DNA from: Macrostomum lignano
Taxonomy: Eukaryota
DNA length: 64,000 nt
Direction of reading: 5' to 3'
NCBI GenBank assembly: GCA_002269645.1
Contig: NIVC01001696.1
Location: 124,001 to 188,000 of the forward strand
The notes below the pieces were generated by a model. It ran no database searches and was not told the origin of the DNA. It was given only the letters and a program-made list of their open reading frames with translations. Below are positions 1 to 14,933 of the stretch, piece by piece. A program made the position numbers and the translations under genes. The number at the start of each line of letters is the position of its first letter. Positions within the stretch are counted from its first letter, which is position 1.

Positions 1-336
1 TAACAGCTTAAGATTTATTTTTTGAGCTTTTTTCGCAAATCAACAGAGAACTAATTAATGCGTCTGTTGGAATATGACGGAGTTCGAACGATTTGCATGA
101 CGTGGTAAAGCATTTTCATAGACTTTTTATTGCATTACTCTGAGATTCTTTTCTGTTGACATAAATCTCACTGTTGTAGCCATCTAAAAATATACTTGAT
201 GGCTGTTTACGACAACCATAAAATGAGCCACCGCACAGAACCACCTAGATTGTTCTGCTAAAATATTTTTTATTCCATAAAGTTGTATTTATCATTAGTT
301 CTCACTGTTGTCACACAAAAATACAGCTAGATCTAT

Positions 337-2160
<1,824 letters not shown>

Positions 2161-2604
2161 ACGATTACGTCAATTGGTATGTATATTGCCTAAAAGTAGA
2201 TAAAATTATTTGTTCAGTATATTATCACTTGGAATATATTTATCATTAACACAAAGATGCGTACAATTCTCTAATGAACAATCATAAATAAGCAAATGGT
2301 TGTGCAGTTCAAATTTGAAACGTTAGGTGAACTTGTATCGAAGATGAATGTGAAGCATCAATAGTACCTTATCCTGTTTTAAAAAGTCGGCAATGCTTTA
2401 TGCTCAATTGCTATAGGTTGATTAGCTATACAAACGTAAGACAGACATTGTTTTACAATATACAATGTTCTCTCTCGGATTATAGTAACTTCTTGAAGTT
2501 TTAACGTCCGAATGACTTGAACAAAATTAACTGGCTAAAATGGCGCCAAGCGAATTCGTTACTCAGAAAAAGTTGTGAAAAGTCAAAGCTTGTCAGTTTG
2601 CTGC

Positions 2605-5600
2605 TCACGGGCGATCATAGCAGTCGCACATGCAGGTGGAGATCTCTTCAATCCAGCAATTATCCTCTGAAAACGAAACGGATGCAATTCTGCTAAAAAT
2701 CTGCTGGCTTTGATCATGAAATCTAACTTCACAGGATCAGAAGCTGAGTAACTTACGATACGGCATGCCGTGCAGGCCCTCCAGAGTGCTGGGCAGCGAA
2801 TCAAATGACGTCATACCGGAGGCGGCGAGCCCGATGAAGTTGAGAACCTGTGAGTTTGGAAAGTGGTTGCGGTGAAAGCACTGTCCATTGGCATCAGAAC
2901 TTGTCTGAAGTGAAACTCAAACCCAACTACACAAAGATTCGCATTGCTTACCTCTCCAACGGAGGTCTTCGCAGTCAGCTTCATCACGGAGCCACCAGAT
3001 GCCGCAGCAAGGTAGTCGTACTCTCCCTTGTACACTCTGGGACCGCAAAACTGGCCGGTGCCGATCACGTAGAGTTTGATTTTCTTAGAAACCAGCAGAG
3101 CAGCGACATCGGCACTCATGTTTGCGTCTTTTGCGGCAGCGTCGGTGAACAGGATGAGCACGGAATTTTCGAGTGCCTCCTTGGCTGCGTCCTCAATGGC
3201 TGACATGGCGTACTCGGGACAGTCGCCTCCGCCCGAAGGCCCGATCGCGTTCACGAAGCTCTGGATTGCGGACGCGTCGCTCGACCGGATCACATTCTTC
3301 ACGTAGGGATCGCCGTACCGGGATACCACGTAGTCCTTGAACACCGTGTTGTTCGCCATGATGGCGCTGATGTGAGTCCGCACGGCGAAGATCTCGGCAC
3401 CCATTGAGCCGGTGTCGTCAATGATGAACCCCAGAGAGCCGACCCGCTTCCTGGGGCAGCCGTTGGGCGAGCCGCACACTTTGTTGCGCATCGTCACTCG
3501 CTTGTAGCCGAGCGGGCAGGGCGCTGAAGTGTCGAAGCGTCGATAATTAGCGCCAATCAAAAGTAAGGTATTTTCTACGTAATAAGTAAAGAAACTTACG
3601 TTCAATTGGCTTGCATTTGTGATGGATGACCCATTTGCAGCAGCCTGAAATATGATAAAGAAGCAAATTTTCTATTATACAAAATTTAAAATTATAATCT
3701 TAGCAAAGTTCGACTCTGAAAAGAGAAAAACTCAACAAACTTACGTTCTGGCTTCATCTTTCGCATGTCGTCCAAGCAGCGAGGGAACGAACGCAGCGAG
3801 TACTTGCCGGCAGCAGCCAGGGCGAGGAAGTCAAGAACCTGCCGAAAAATGGTTTGATTGTTTTGTTTTTGTTTAAAGCTTATCTGGGATAAAATTAATC
3901 TAGGCAGTTGTTGCATTAATAGTGAGCTCAAAAGTAAATTTACCTCGCTAACTGATGACTTTGCTGTCAGCGTCATGACGTCCCCACCAGAGGCAGCTGC
4001 GAGGTCGTCGAATTCCCCCTTGTACACGCCGGAGCCGCAGAAGGTGCCAGTGGCGATGACAAACAGCTTCGTGTTCTTCGCCAACAACAGCGCCTTGACA
4101 GCGGCCAGCTTGCTCGCATCTTTTGCTGCAGCATCGGTGAACAAGACTAGCACAGAGTTCTTGCGGGCCTTCTTGGCCGCGTCCTCGATACCCGACATGG
4201 CGAACTCGGGACAGTCTCCGCCTGCAGATGGCGAGATCGAGTTCACAAAGGACTGGATGACCGACTCGTCGCTGGATCGAATCACATTCTTCTTGTAGGG
4301 ATCGCCGAATGTGGCCACCACGTAGTCCTTAAACACGGTGTTGTTGGCCATGATGTTGGCGATATGAGCGCGCACCGCGAAAATCTCAGCCGCCATTGAG
4401 CCCGTGTTGTCGATGACGAAACCTAGGGAGCCGTACTTGTGCTTCTTGCACGGACCGGGCACGCACACCTTCTTCTTCACCACAATATGTTCGAAGCCCT
4501 CCGGGCACGGACAGCTCTTTGTCGGCGGCTCGACGCAGACGAGGTTCTCAATGCTGGTCTTGCAGGAGCAGTCTGAAATATGTTGGAAAAATCGTTTTTT
4601 ATGCCTATGCTTGTAATTGACATTTGGTATAACCTCAAATCAGAAGTGGCAACTCACTTCCATCGGCGATGGCTTTCAGATCTTCCAGAGTCGTCGGCAT
4701 GCCGCGGATGAACCGAATGCCGTACTTGGCAAAGTTCTTGATGTAGTTCATAACGAAGTCGACATCGGACTTGTCTGGGGTCCTGTAGATTGTTCCGTTG
4801 GTGGCGGTGGTCAGTCTAGAGAACTCGGCACCCATGCCGCAAAGATTTCCGGTCGCCATCACGTTAAGTCGGATATTCTTGGACTCCAGCAGAGCCTTGA
4901 CATCCGGCTCGAGAGCCAGATCCTTGGAGCTCGCGTCGGTGAACAGGAAGATGACGGAGCCGGGACTGAGACGGTCGGCCACATCCCGGATGCCGTGCAT
5001 TGCCATCTCAGGACAGTCGCCTCCAGCGTTGGCGTTGATTGTGCTCACAAAGCTGTTGATGGCGGAAGCGTCCGTCGATTCGAACACGTTGGCCACGTAG
5101 GGATCGTTGTAGGTGCCAATCACGTACTTGTCGAAGATTCCGGATGTGGCAGCTGGAATGACAAGTTTCGACAATAATCACCTACTCTTGTAATGCGCTC
5201 GTTGATTGGTGCATTTAGCAACTTCGACTTGGTAATCGGAAGATCACTGTCTGTAAAACTTACTGACAACAGCCTGAATGCTGGACTTCACCGACGCGAT
5301 CTCCGTCCTCATGCTGCCAGTGTTGTCCACAACGAAGCCGAGAGAGACGTTAAAGTACTCGCGGTCTCCGGGATCCACAATCTCGATTGTCCGGTTGAGG
5401 CCTGTGCAGCTGCATGACAGCCGCTTATCGTAGGTGCAGTTCTTGGATGGACAGCTGTCGCAAACGGGATCTGAGCGAATTACGGAGGGGATCGTTGTCG
5501 GTCAGTAACAGATTAAATCAGTCTTCAACTATTGACTGAGCAGACAACAACAGAAACTTACCAAGCTGAGCAGCGACTTGCAGCACGAGGGCAGAGCCCA

Positions 5601-5628
5601 CGATGAGAATCAGAGCGGACGCCTTCAT
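2605..5628 (-). CDS. Secreted triple-VWA (hemicentin/VWA7-type) protein, copy 1; 9 exons, ~753 aa
   Basis: Exons 5628-5562, 5470-5264, 5152-4658, 4572-3944, 3838-3745, 3644-3600, 3523-2952, 2847-2757, 2666-2605. All introns are GT-AG with consistent phase (2262 nt total). Signal peptide MKASALILIVGSALVLQVAA. Three domains each show SLGF(V/I)(V/I)D(N/D)TGSM, (N/G)DPYV/K, GGDCPE and LFTDA(S/A)xKD, as in the hemicentin N-terminal VWA. Cys-rich linkers; ends CWIEEISTCMCDCYDRP*. Confidence 0.9.
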
Positions 5629-7449
5629 GGAGGCTTTGTTGCTTGAAGATTTTCTTGCTTAAGGGTTTTCTTTCGAGTTGTCTCGATTCGAGTTCTCTCG
5701 GAGCCTTTGACTGTGTGAGCTCCGCGATTGCCGCTTATATAGACATTTTGCGAGGCCATCTGAGTGTGTATTTTTGTTTTTTTTCAATCCAGCTTGTTAT
5801 CATCAACATAGGCGCAGTAATCTGCCCAACCACCCCCAGAGTTGTTTTCGTATTTTCAGGCTCACATCGAAATAATGAGGGGGCGTTGTGAGACCGCGTA
5901 TGCAGACGCAATTGTTTATGAGGCTTGAAAAAACAGCGGGACGATGTTTTTGCGAGAAATTTCTATTGGCTGGTAATAACAATAGCGGTGGCTGTTCTCT
6001 CCTTAGCAGTAGAGAACTGTCACATATTTTCGTCTCCTAAACTGCTTGTGCTTTGTTAGTGTGGCCTCTATCTGACTATCTACGAGTCGTATCTAAATAA
6101 TCTTTCGATATCTTTCTGTGGATAAAGCCCACTAACTTATTTTCTCAAAATGGGTCGTTAGTCTTAGACTCACAGTTAGGAGCAGACGAACATGAAGTCT
6201 CCTGTCTAGTGCGGTTTTATTGAGCAGCTAAGTATGGCTCTAAGAATTGCTCTACATCTCAAAGAAGGCAGTGCAACCGTCGGAGTAAATTTATCAATTG
6301 CAGAGCCTTGTCCCCGGTGCTCAGCGACTCGAGACAGCGTGGTCTGTGATCAGCTATTTCAATCCGCCCATGACAATGGCGGCATCGATGACAGTGCTCA
6401 TTCAATAACAATTGCCTTCTTGACACCTTCTGATCCTAGAGTCTGTTCCGCAGTGTTCAGCTGCCTGTGCCCAGGAAATTGAAGTAGGAGCGGATTGTGC
6501 TCAGGAACCTTCGGCTATCACCAATGATGAGTATCTCGATCCCTATTGTGAGCAGACTCCCAAGGGAACCCAAGAAGGACTGGAAGCGTTCGGCCATTTA
6601 AAAGTCGACTATCGCGATCGGAGAACAGTTTAAGACTCGTTCAGCAACGCAGGACTTCTGAGAATCAAATCAAGATGCTACGTGATCCTGACGTACGCAA
6701 ATATAGGTCTACTTTAAACTTTCTGATTTATTTCGTCGAAAAGTAAAGTTTACTTTTAACGACTATTTTACTTTATACATCTGATACAACGTATATCTGT
6801 ATAATACTTTACCATAACTCACTGTCAGTAGTGTAAGTAATAAGTAATACCAGCTTTGTTATTGATCGGTTGGGAACGGAATGGCTACGTTGAAGATGAT
6901 TGAGCCTCGCTGCGTTTTAATTGAAAATTAGTTCAAACTCATCTGTTAATTTAGTCTACATTACAACCTCAACTAAAGGTTTCATTAGAGCCTCTACTTT
7001 GCAGTGGGGGCATTTTAATTCAATATTCAAATACCTTCAGACGTCCATACTGTTTCTGAGATACTGCTGATGTATTTTAAAGTTAAGATGTACATGTACA
7101 TGTGGATACGAGAGGCCATGTTGCTCCGGTCTCACTTCAGCACTGTATAACCAATAATTGGCGCTTATCTTAAAAAATTACGGTACTGGAGTGCCAATTA
7201 GTATGGGCATTAAGCTCTAATTTATTTAAATTTCGTGACCAAATCTGCTTTGCTCTATCCTTGACTTTCGATGCAGCAATGTAATGATAGCCTGTTTAAA
7301 GGGTAGCTAGCTGAGTTAAATCTAGCGAACATGCACGCACCAGCGCGCGTTACCACCCGACAAGCTGACGGAGTCCGAAAACCTACTTGACTACATGTAC
7401 ATCATCAACTTCAAATATAGAATTGCTCTCAATTATTTTCTGCAGCTCA

Positions 7450-7822
7450 GTAGCTCAGTGGTTGGGTGCAGAGTAGCTCAGTGGTTGGGTGCAGAGTAGC
7501 TCAGTGGTTGGGTGCAGAGTAGCTCAGTGGTTGGGTGCAGAGTAGCTCAGTGGTTGGGTGCAGAGTAGCTCAGTGGTTGGGTGCAGAGTAGCTCAGTGGT
7601 TGGGTGCAGAGTAGCTCAGTGGTTGGGTGCAGAGTAGCTCAGTGGTTGGGTGCAGAGTAGCTCAGTGGTTGGGTGCAGAGTAGCTCAGTGGTTGGGTGCA
7701 GAGTAGCTCAGTGGTTGGGTGCAGAGTAGCTCAGTGGTTTGGGGCAGAGTAGCTCAGTGGTTGGGGGCAGAGTAGCTCAGTGGTTGGGTGCAGAGTAGCT
7801 CAGTGGTTGGGGGCAGAGTAGC
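7450..7822 (+). repeat. 23-bp tandem repeat GTAGCTCAGTGGTTGGGTGCAGA (~16 units)
   Basis: Direct reading. The unit contains a Pol III A-box-like TAGCTCAGTGG. Confidence 0.95.
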
Positions 7823-7984
7823 GTTTGCAGAGTGCATTTGCGCTTTCACATCGCGAGTTTTCTTTTCTGGCCAAGCTTCCAACTCTAAGCATAAATTTAG
7901 AGGCTTGGCACTCGCACCGTGATCTGTTCAAAGAACTTGACAAAATCAGCATCCCTAGTTGAGTCTTCAACAAGCCAAATCTTC

Positions 7985-8390
7985 TACTGGGCTGGAGACA
8001 AGCAATCCGGAAAATTCAAAACAGCTTTGTCATTAAACCGGCCGACTAGGGCAGCATCATGGTATGTTCTATACCGGAGGGACTACCTTCCCACCTTTGA
8101 AACCAAAAGATTTTCTATTTGCTCCCACCACAAGGTGGCCGATTCTCACAGTATTGCCTGAGGGACCGTTTGTCTCCGATTGCAGCTCCGAATACATTAG
8201 CTCCAAGTTCATCGACCTCTTTCTGCAATCAATCGCCAAGGAACAAGACTGGTTCATCTTTCATCTGTGACGCCGTTCACTTCCAAGCTGAACAAGGTGT
8301 GAACCTTGCTAATGAGTAAGTGTATTCTTGGCTACAATTTGGACGTTAAGACCTTATACACAAACATCCCGACCTACAAAGGTTTGGTTT
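7985..8390 (+). mobile_element. Degenerate Penelope-like retroelement reverse-transcriptase fragment
   Basis: Motifs in the expected order across stops and frameshifts: FVIKPAD*GSIMV (8032; IKPADKG), FYLLP..HK (8113), PFVSDCSSEYISSKFIDLFLQ, LDVKTLYTNIP (8342; DVxSLYTNIP). Confidence 0.75.
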
Positions 8391-9121
8391 GAGTTGGCTC
8401 TCGGACATGACTGTTTTTCCAGGCATCGTCACCTCTAGAGAAAATCCGTAGTGGGGAATGCCCCTTCTCCCTCTCCTCGGTGTTGAGAATCATCTGCATC
8501 ACTTCATCTGCGAATGCCCAGCCTCTACTCAGGCTCACCTACCTCGGACCTTCCCGCGCTATGCGGAGCCAGTTCATCGCCTGCCATTAACGAGACGTCG
8601 GTAGCCGTAGTCGAACCATCTAAAGATAAGGATTCTGTGGGGACTCAATGCCTACTTCCGGTATCTCCGTGGGCTCACAACGTGAGGCGATTGAAACAGC
8701 GACTTTAATACAAACCGTCAAGCATCGAATTCTCGTGTTCAATCAAGTCAAGTCAAGAGGCGGAGCCCCCACATGTTCGCACTAGCACTCTAGAGAAAGA
8801 AAGAAAGAATGAAATCTAAGAAATTGTCTATAGCCAAAACTCCTAATTTTGTGAATCGAAAAAATAGTAACTGATACTAAGCATTAATATGCAGTACTAA
8901 GCTTTACTTTCGAAATATACAAGTTGTAAAAACATTAACTAGATACATATGAGTATATGAATACAAGTTTTTTATGTATCCTCCTTTTGCCCCGGGCGAG
9001 TGTCTATGTGATGCATGTTTTCATTTATTTCCCTAGGTGAATAAATCATTTATTTCCCGCTGCCCCGCGGGCTGCTAAATTCGAGACAACAACCATAGAC
9101 AACGAACGGGGGATACATATC

Positions 9122-9255
9122 ATATTCCCCACTCATTTAGCTGTCTAGGGCCAAAAGCACTCGGTGTCTCGATCATTGACCTCAGCTTCGCCTCGGTCAA
9201 TAAACGAGACACCTCTTGCTTTTGCCCGCTAGACAACAAAATAAATGGGGAATAT
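9122..9255. mobile_element. 134-bp imperfect palindrome (hairpin MITE-like)
   Basis: Arms ATATTCCCCA..TGTCTAG..CAAAAGCA..GGTGTCTCG..ATTGACC and GGTCAAT..CGAGACACC..TGCTTTTG..CTAGACA..TGGGGAATAT around the loop TCAGCTTCGCCTC. Confidence 0.75.
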
Positions 9256-10089
9256 ATACCATTTATTGAAGTCCGCCACAGATAGTTGTAGCGGGCGGGC
9301 TGCCCTGCGTTTCACCCCGTTTCAACACGCCTAGGCTAACTATAACAATGAGGTACATTATTGCACGCTGATTGCAAGTTGTCTATGGCAAAAATCCTCA
9401 TTATCTTGTCTCACTAGAAGTCCGAAACCCGATTTCAAGAGAGCTGGTTCGTTCAGCTTGTTTCTTTTTTTACGAATTTCAATCAATCTGAATACGAGAG
9501 AAAAGTCAGTGGCATCTTTATCCAGGATTTCAAAACCATCAAATTTTAATTACGCTCGTTATCGCTACGATTTTTGCAATATTTAAATTTATAATGTCAC
9601 CAGCCACTCTAAATAAAGATTTCAAACTTCAAGCAATTTTAGAAGTTTAAGTCTTGAAAGCAGAATTTATTGCCATGCGCGAAAAACAAATAAAATATTT
9701 GCTTACTATATTATTAATTAAATAATAGTATTTCTGTACACAAAGATAGAGTAAATTCCAAATTACAATCATAAGAAAATAATTTTACTTTTTTAATTCA
9801 AGGCGTCGGGTGAAATTTTATTGCGAAGCATCATTAGTACTTAATCGCATTTTTTTAAATCGGCATTGGTTTATACTCGATCAATTACAATAGGTTGATT
9901 AGCTATACAAATGTAAGAGGGATGTGTTTTACGATATGCAATGTTCTCTCTCGGACTATAGTAACTCCTTGAAGTTTTAACTTCATACAAATCCGAATGA
10001 ATTAAACAAAATTAACTGGCTAAAATGGCGCCAGGCGAATTCGTTACTCAGAAAAAGTTGTGAAAAGTCACAGCTTGTCAGTTTGCTGC

Positions 10090-13000
10090 TCACGGGCGAT
10101 CATAGCAGTCGCACATGCAGGTGGAGATCTCTTCAATCCAGCAATTATCCTCTGAAAACGAAACGGATGCAATTCTGCTAAAAATCTGCTGGCTTTGATC
10201 ATGAAATCTAACTTCACAGGATCAGAAGCTGAGTAACTTACGATACGGCATGCCGTGCAGGCCCTCCAGAGTGCTGGGCAGCGAATCAAATGACGTCATA
10301 CCGGAGGCGGCGAGCCCGATGAAGTTGAGAACCTGTGAGTTTGGAAAGTGGTTGCGGTGAAAGCACTGTCCATTGGCATCAGAACTTGTCTGAAGTGAAA
10401 CTCAAACCCAACTACACAAAGATTCGCATTGCTTACCTCTCCAACGGAGGTCTTCGCAGTCAGCTTCATCACGGAGCCACCAGATGCCGCAGCAAGGTAG
10501 TCGTACTCTCCCTTGTACACTCTGGGACCGCAAAACTGGCCGGTGCCGATCACGTAGAGTTTGATTTTCTTAGAAACCAGCAGAGCAGCGACATCGGCAC
10601 TCATGTTTGCGTCTTTTGCGGCAGCGTCGGTGAACAGGATGAGCACGGAATTTTCGAGTGCCTCCTTGGCTGCGTCCTCAATGGCTGACATGGCGTACTC
10701 GGGACAGTCGCCTCCGCCCGAAGGCCCGATCGCGTTCACGAAGCTCTGGATTGCGGACGCGTCGCTCGACCGGATCACATTCTTCACGTAGGGATCGCCG
10801 TACCGGGATACCACGTAGTCCTTGAACACCGTGTTGTTCGCCATGATGGCGCTGATGTGAGTCCGCACGGCGAAGATCTCGGCACCCATTGAGCCGGTGT
10901 CGTCAATGATGAACCCCAGAGAGCCGACCCGCTTCCTGGGGCAGCCGTTGGGCGAGCCGCACACTTTGTTGCGCATCGTCACTCGCTTGTAGCCGAGCGG
11001 GCAGGACGCTGAAGTGTCGAAGCGTCGATAATTAGCGCCAATCAAAAGTAAGGTATTTTCTACGTAATAAGTAAAGAAACTTACGTTCAATTGGCTTGCA
11101 TTTGTGATGGATGACCCATTTGCAGCAGCCTGAAATATGATAAGAAGCAAATTTTCTATTATACAAAATTTAAAATTATAATCTTAGCAAAGTTCGACTC
11201 TGAAAAGAGAAAAACTCAACAAACTTACGTTCTGGCTTCATCTTTCGCATGTCGTCCAAGCAGCGAGGGAACGAACGCAGCGAGTACTTGCCGGCAGCAG
11301 CCAGGGCGAGGAAGTCAAGAACCTGCCGAAAAATGGTTTGATTGTTTTGTTTTTGTTTAAAGCTTATCTGGGATAAAATTAATCTAGGCAGTTGTTGCAT
11401 TAATAGTGAGCTCAAAAGTAAATTTACCTCGCTAACTGATGACTTTGCTGTCAGCGTCATGACGTCCCCACCAGAGGCAGCTGCGAGGTCGTCGAATTCC
11501 CCTTGTACACGCCGGAGCCGCAGAAGGTGCCAGTGGCGATGACAAACAGCTTCGTGTTCTTCGCCAACAACAGCGCCTTGACAGCGGCCAGCTTGCTCGC
11601 ATCTTTTGCTGCAGCATCGGTGAACAAGACTAGCACAGAGTTCTTGCGGGCCTTCTTGGCCGCGTCCTCGATACCCGACATGGCGAACTCGGGACAGTCT
11701 CCGCCTGCAGATGGCGAGATCGAGTTCACAAAGGACTGGATGACCGACTCGTCGCTGGATCGAATCACATTCTTCTTGTAGGGATCGCCGAATGTGGCCA
11801 CCACGTAGTCCTTAAACACGGTGTTGTTGGCCATGATGTTGGCGATATGAGCGCGCACCGCGAAAATCTCAGCCGCCATTGAGCCCGTGTTGTCGATGAC
11901 GAAACCTAGGGAGCCGTACTTGTGCTTCTTGCACGGACCGGGCACGCACACCTTCTTCTTCACCACAATATGTTCGAAGCCCTCCGGGCACGGACAGCTC
12001 TTTGTCGGCGGCTCGATGCAGACGAGGTTCTCAATGCTGGTCTTGCAGGAGCAGTCTAAAATATGTTGGGAAAAATCATTTTTTATGCCTATGCTTGTAA
12101 TTGACATTTGGTATAACCTCAAATCAGAAGTGGCAACTCACTTCCATCGGCGATGGCTTTCAGATCTTCCAGAGTCGTCGGCATGCCGCGGATGAACCGA
12201 ATGCCGTACTTGGCAAAGTTCTTGATGTAGTTCATCACGAAGTCGACATCGGACTTGTCTGGGGTCCTGTAGATTGTTCCGTTGGTGGCGGTGGTCAGTC
12301 TAGAGAACTCGGCACCCATGCCGCAAAGATTTCCGGTCGCCATCACGTTAAGCCGGATGTTTTTGGACTCCAGCAGAGCCTTGACATCCGGCTCGAGAGC
12401 CAGATCCTTGGAGCTCGCGTCGGTGAACAGAAAGATGACGGAGCCGGGACTAAGACGGTCGGCCACATCCCGGATGCCGTGCATTGCCATCTCAGGACAG
12501 TCGCCTCCAGCGTTGGCGTTGATTGTGCTCACAAAGCTGTTGATGGCGGAAGCGTCAGTCGATTCGAACACGTTGGCCACGTAGGGATCGTTGTAGGTGC
12601 CAATCACGTACTTGTCGAAGATTCCGGATGTGGCAGCTGGAATGACAAGTTTCGACAATAATCAGCTACTCTTATAATAGATTGGTGGATTTTTCAACTT
12701 CGACTCAGTAATCGGAAGATCACTGTCTGTAAAACTTACTGACAACAGCCTGAATGCTGGACTTCACCGACGCGATCTCCGTCCTCATGCTGCCAGTGTT
12801 GTCCACAACGAAGCCGAGAGAGACGTTAAAGTACTCGCGGTCTCCGGGATCCACAATCTCGATTGTCCGGTTGAGGCCTGTGCAGCTGCATGACAGCCGC
12901 TTATCGTAGGTGCAGTTCTTGGATGGACAGCTGTCGCAAACGGGATCTGAGCGAATTACGGAGGGGATCGTTGTCGGTCAGTAACAGATTAAATCAGTCT

Positions 13001-13104
13001 TCAACTATTGACTGAGCAGACAACAACAGAAACTTACCAAGCTGAGCAGCGACTTGCAGCACGAGGGCAGAGCCCACGATGAGAATCAGAGCGGACGCCT
13101 TCAT
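10090..13104 (-). pseudogene. Triple-VWA gene copy 2, with a -1 frameshift in exon 4 (pseudogene or sequencing error)
   Basis: Same exon structure as copy 1. The C-run at 11499-11502 has 4 C versus 5 in copy 1 (4015-4019), giving ...VYKGNSTTSQLPLVGTS*. Confidence 0.75.
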
Positions 13105-14933
13105 GGAGGCGTTGTTGCTTGAAGATTTTCTTGCTTAAGGGTTTTCTTTCGAGTTGTCTCGATTCGAGTTCTCTCGGAGCCTTTGACTGTGTGAGCTCCG
13201 CGATTGCCGCTTATATAGACATTTTGCAAGGCCATCTGAGTGTGTATTTTTGTTTTTTTCAATCCAGCATGTTTTCATCAACATAGGCGCAGTAATCTGC
13301 CCAACCATGCACCCTTGGAGTTGTTTTCGTATTTTCAGGCTCACATCGAAATAATGAGGGGGCGTTGTGAGACCGCGTATGCAGACGCAATTGTTTATGA
13401 GGCTTGAAAAAACAGCGGGACGATGTTTTTGCGAGAAATTTCTATTGGCTGGTAATAACAATAGCGGTGGCTGTTCTCTCCTTAGCAGTAGAGAACTGTC
13501 ACGGGCTATATTTTCGTCTCCTAAACTGCTTGTGCTTTGTTAGTGTGGCCTCTATCTGACTATCTACGAGTCGTATCTAAATAATCTTTCGATATTTTTC
13601 TGTGGATAAAGCCCACTAACTTATTTTCTCAAAATGGATCGTTAGTCTTAGACTCACAGTTAGGAGCAGACGAACATGAAGTCTCCTGTCTAGTGCGGTT
13701 TTATTGAGCAGCTAAGTATGGCTCTAAGGATGGCTCTACATCTCAAAGAAGGCAGTGCAACCGTCGGAGTAAATTTATCAATTGCAGAGCCTTGTCCCCG
13801 GTGCTCAGCGACTCGAGACAGCGTGGTCTGTGATCAGCTATTTCAATCCGCCCATGACAATGGCGGCATCGATGACATTGCTCATTCAATAACAATTGCC
13901 TTCTTGACACCTTCTGATCCTAGAGTCTGTTCCGCAGTGTTCAGCTGCCTGTGCCCAGGAAATTGAAGTAGGAGCGGATTGTGCTCAGGAACCTTCGGCT
14001 ATCACCAATGATGAGTCTCTCGATCCCTATTGTGAGCAGACTCCCAAGGGAACCCAAGAAGGACTGGAAGCGTTCGGCCAGTGAAAAGTTGACGATCGCG
14101 ATCGGAGAACAGTTTAAGACTCGTTCAGCAACGCAGGACTTCTGAGAATCAAATCAAGATGCTACGTGATCCTGACGTACGCACATATATGTCTACTTTA
14201 AACTTTCTGATTTATTTCGTCGAAAAGTAAAGTTTACTTTTAACGACTATTTTACTTTATACATCTGATACAACGTATATCTGTATAATACTTTACCATA
14301 ACTCACTGTCAGTAGTGTAAGTAATAAGTAATTCCAGCTTTGTTATTGATCGGTTGGGAACGGAATGGCTACGTTGAAGATGATTGAGCCTCGCTGCGTT
14401 TTAATTGAAAATTATTTCAAACTCATCTGTTAATTTAGTCTACATTACAACCTCAACTAAAGGTTTCATTAGAGCCTCTACTTTGCAGTGGGGGCATTTT
14501 AATTCAATATTCAAATACCTTCAGACGTCCATACTGTTTCTGAGATACTGCTGATGTATTTTAAAGTTAAGATGTACATGTACATGTGGATACGAGAGGC
14601 CATGTTGCTCCGGTCTCACTTCAGCACTGTATAACCAATAATTGGCGCTTATCTTAAAAAATTACGGTACTGGAGTGCCAATTAGTATGGGCATTAAGCT
14701 CTAATTTATTTAAATTTTGTGACCAAATCTGCTTTGCTCTATCCTTGACTTTCGATGCAGCAATGTAATGATAGCCTGTTTAAAGGGTAGCTAGCTGAGT
14801 TAAATCTAGCGAACATGCACGCACCAGCGCGCGTTACCACCCGACAAGCTGACGGAGTCCGAAAACCTACTTGACTACATGTACATCATCAACTTCAAAT
14901 ATAGAATTGCTCTCAATTATTTTCTGCAGCTCC

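Noticed and set aside
2583-5177. Three independent single-VWA genes plus plus-strand ORFs
   Set aside because: Phase-consistent GT-AG introns join the minus-strand pieces into one gene; the plus-strand ORFs are antisense shadows.
6234-6630. Coding-looking short frames in the amplified spacer
   Set aside because: No recognisable motif or splice structure; possibly decayed sequence.
7360-7382. Hammerhead ribozyme near the Penelope fragment (CTGACGGAGTCCGAAA)
   Set aside because: Core deviates from CUGANGA and no convincing stems I/III were seen.
7450-7822. CRISPR array or tRNA gene cluster
   Set aside because: Head-to-tail repeats with no spacers, no cas genes, and no B box or cloverleaf.
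7919-8161. THAP-like ORF (W..RRDYLPT..ICSHH)
   Set aside because: No N-terminal CxxC; other frames give a better ordered set of Penelope RT motifs.
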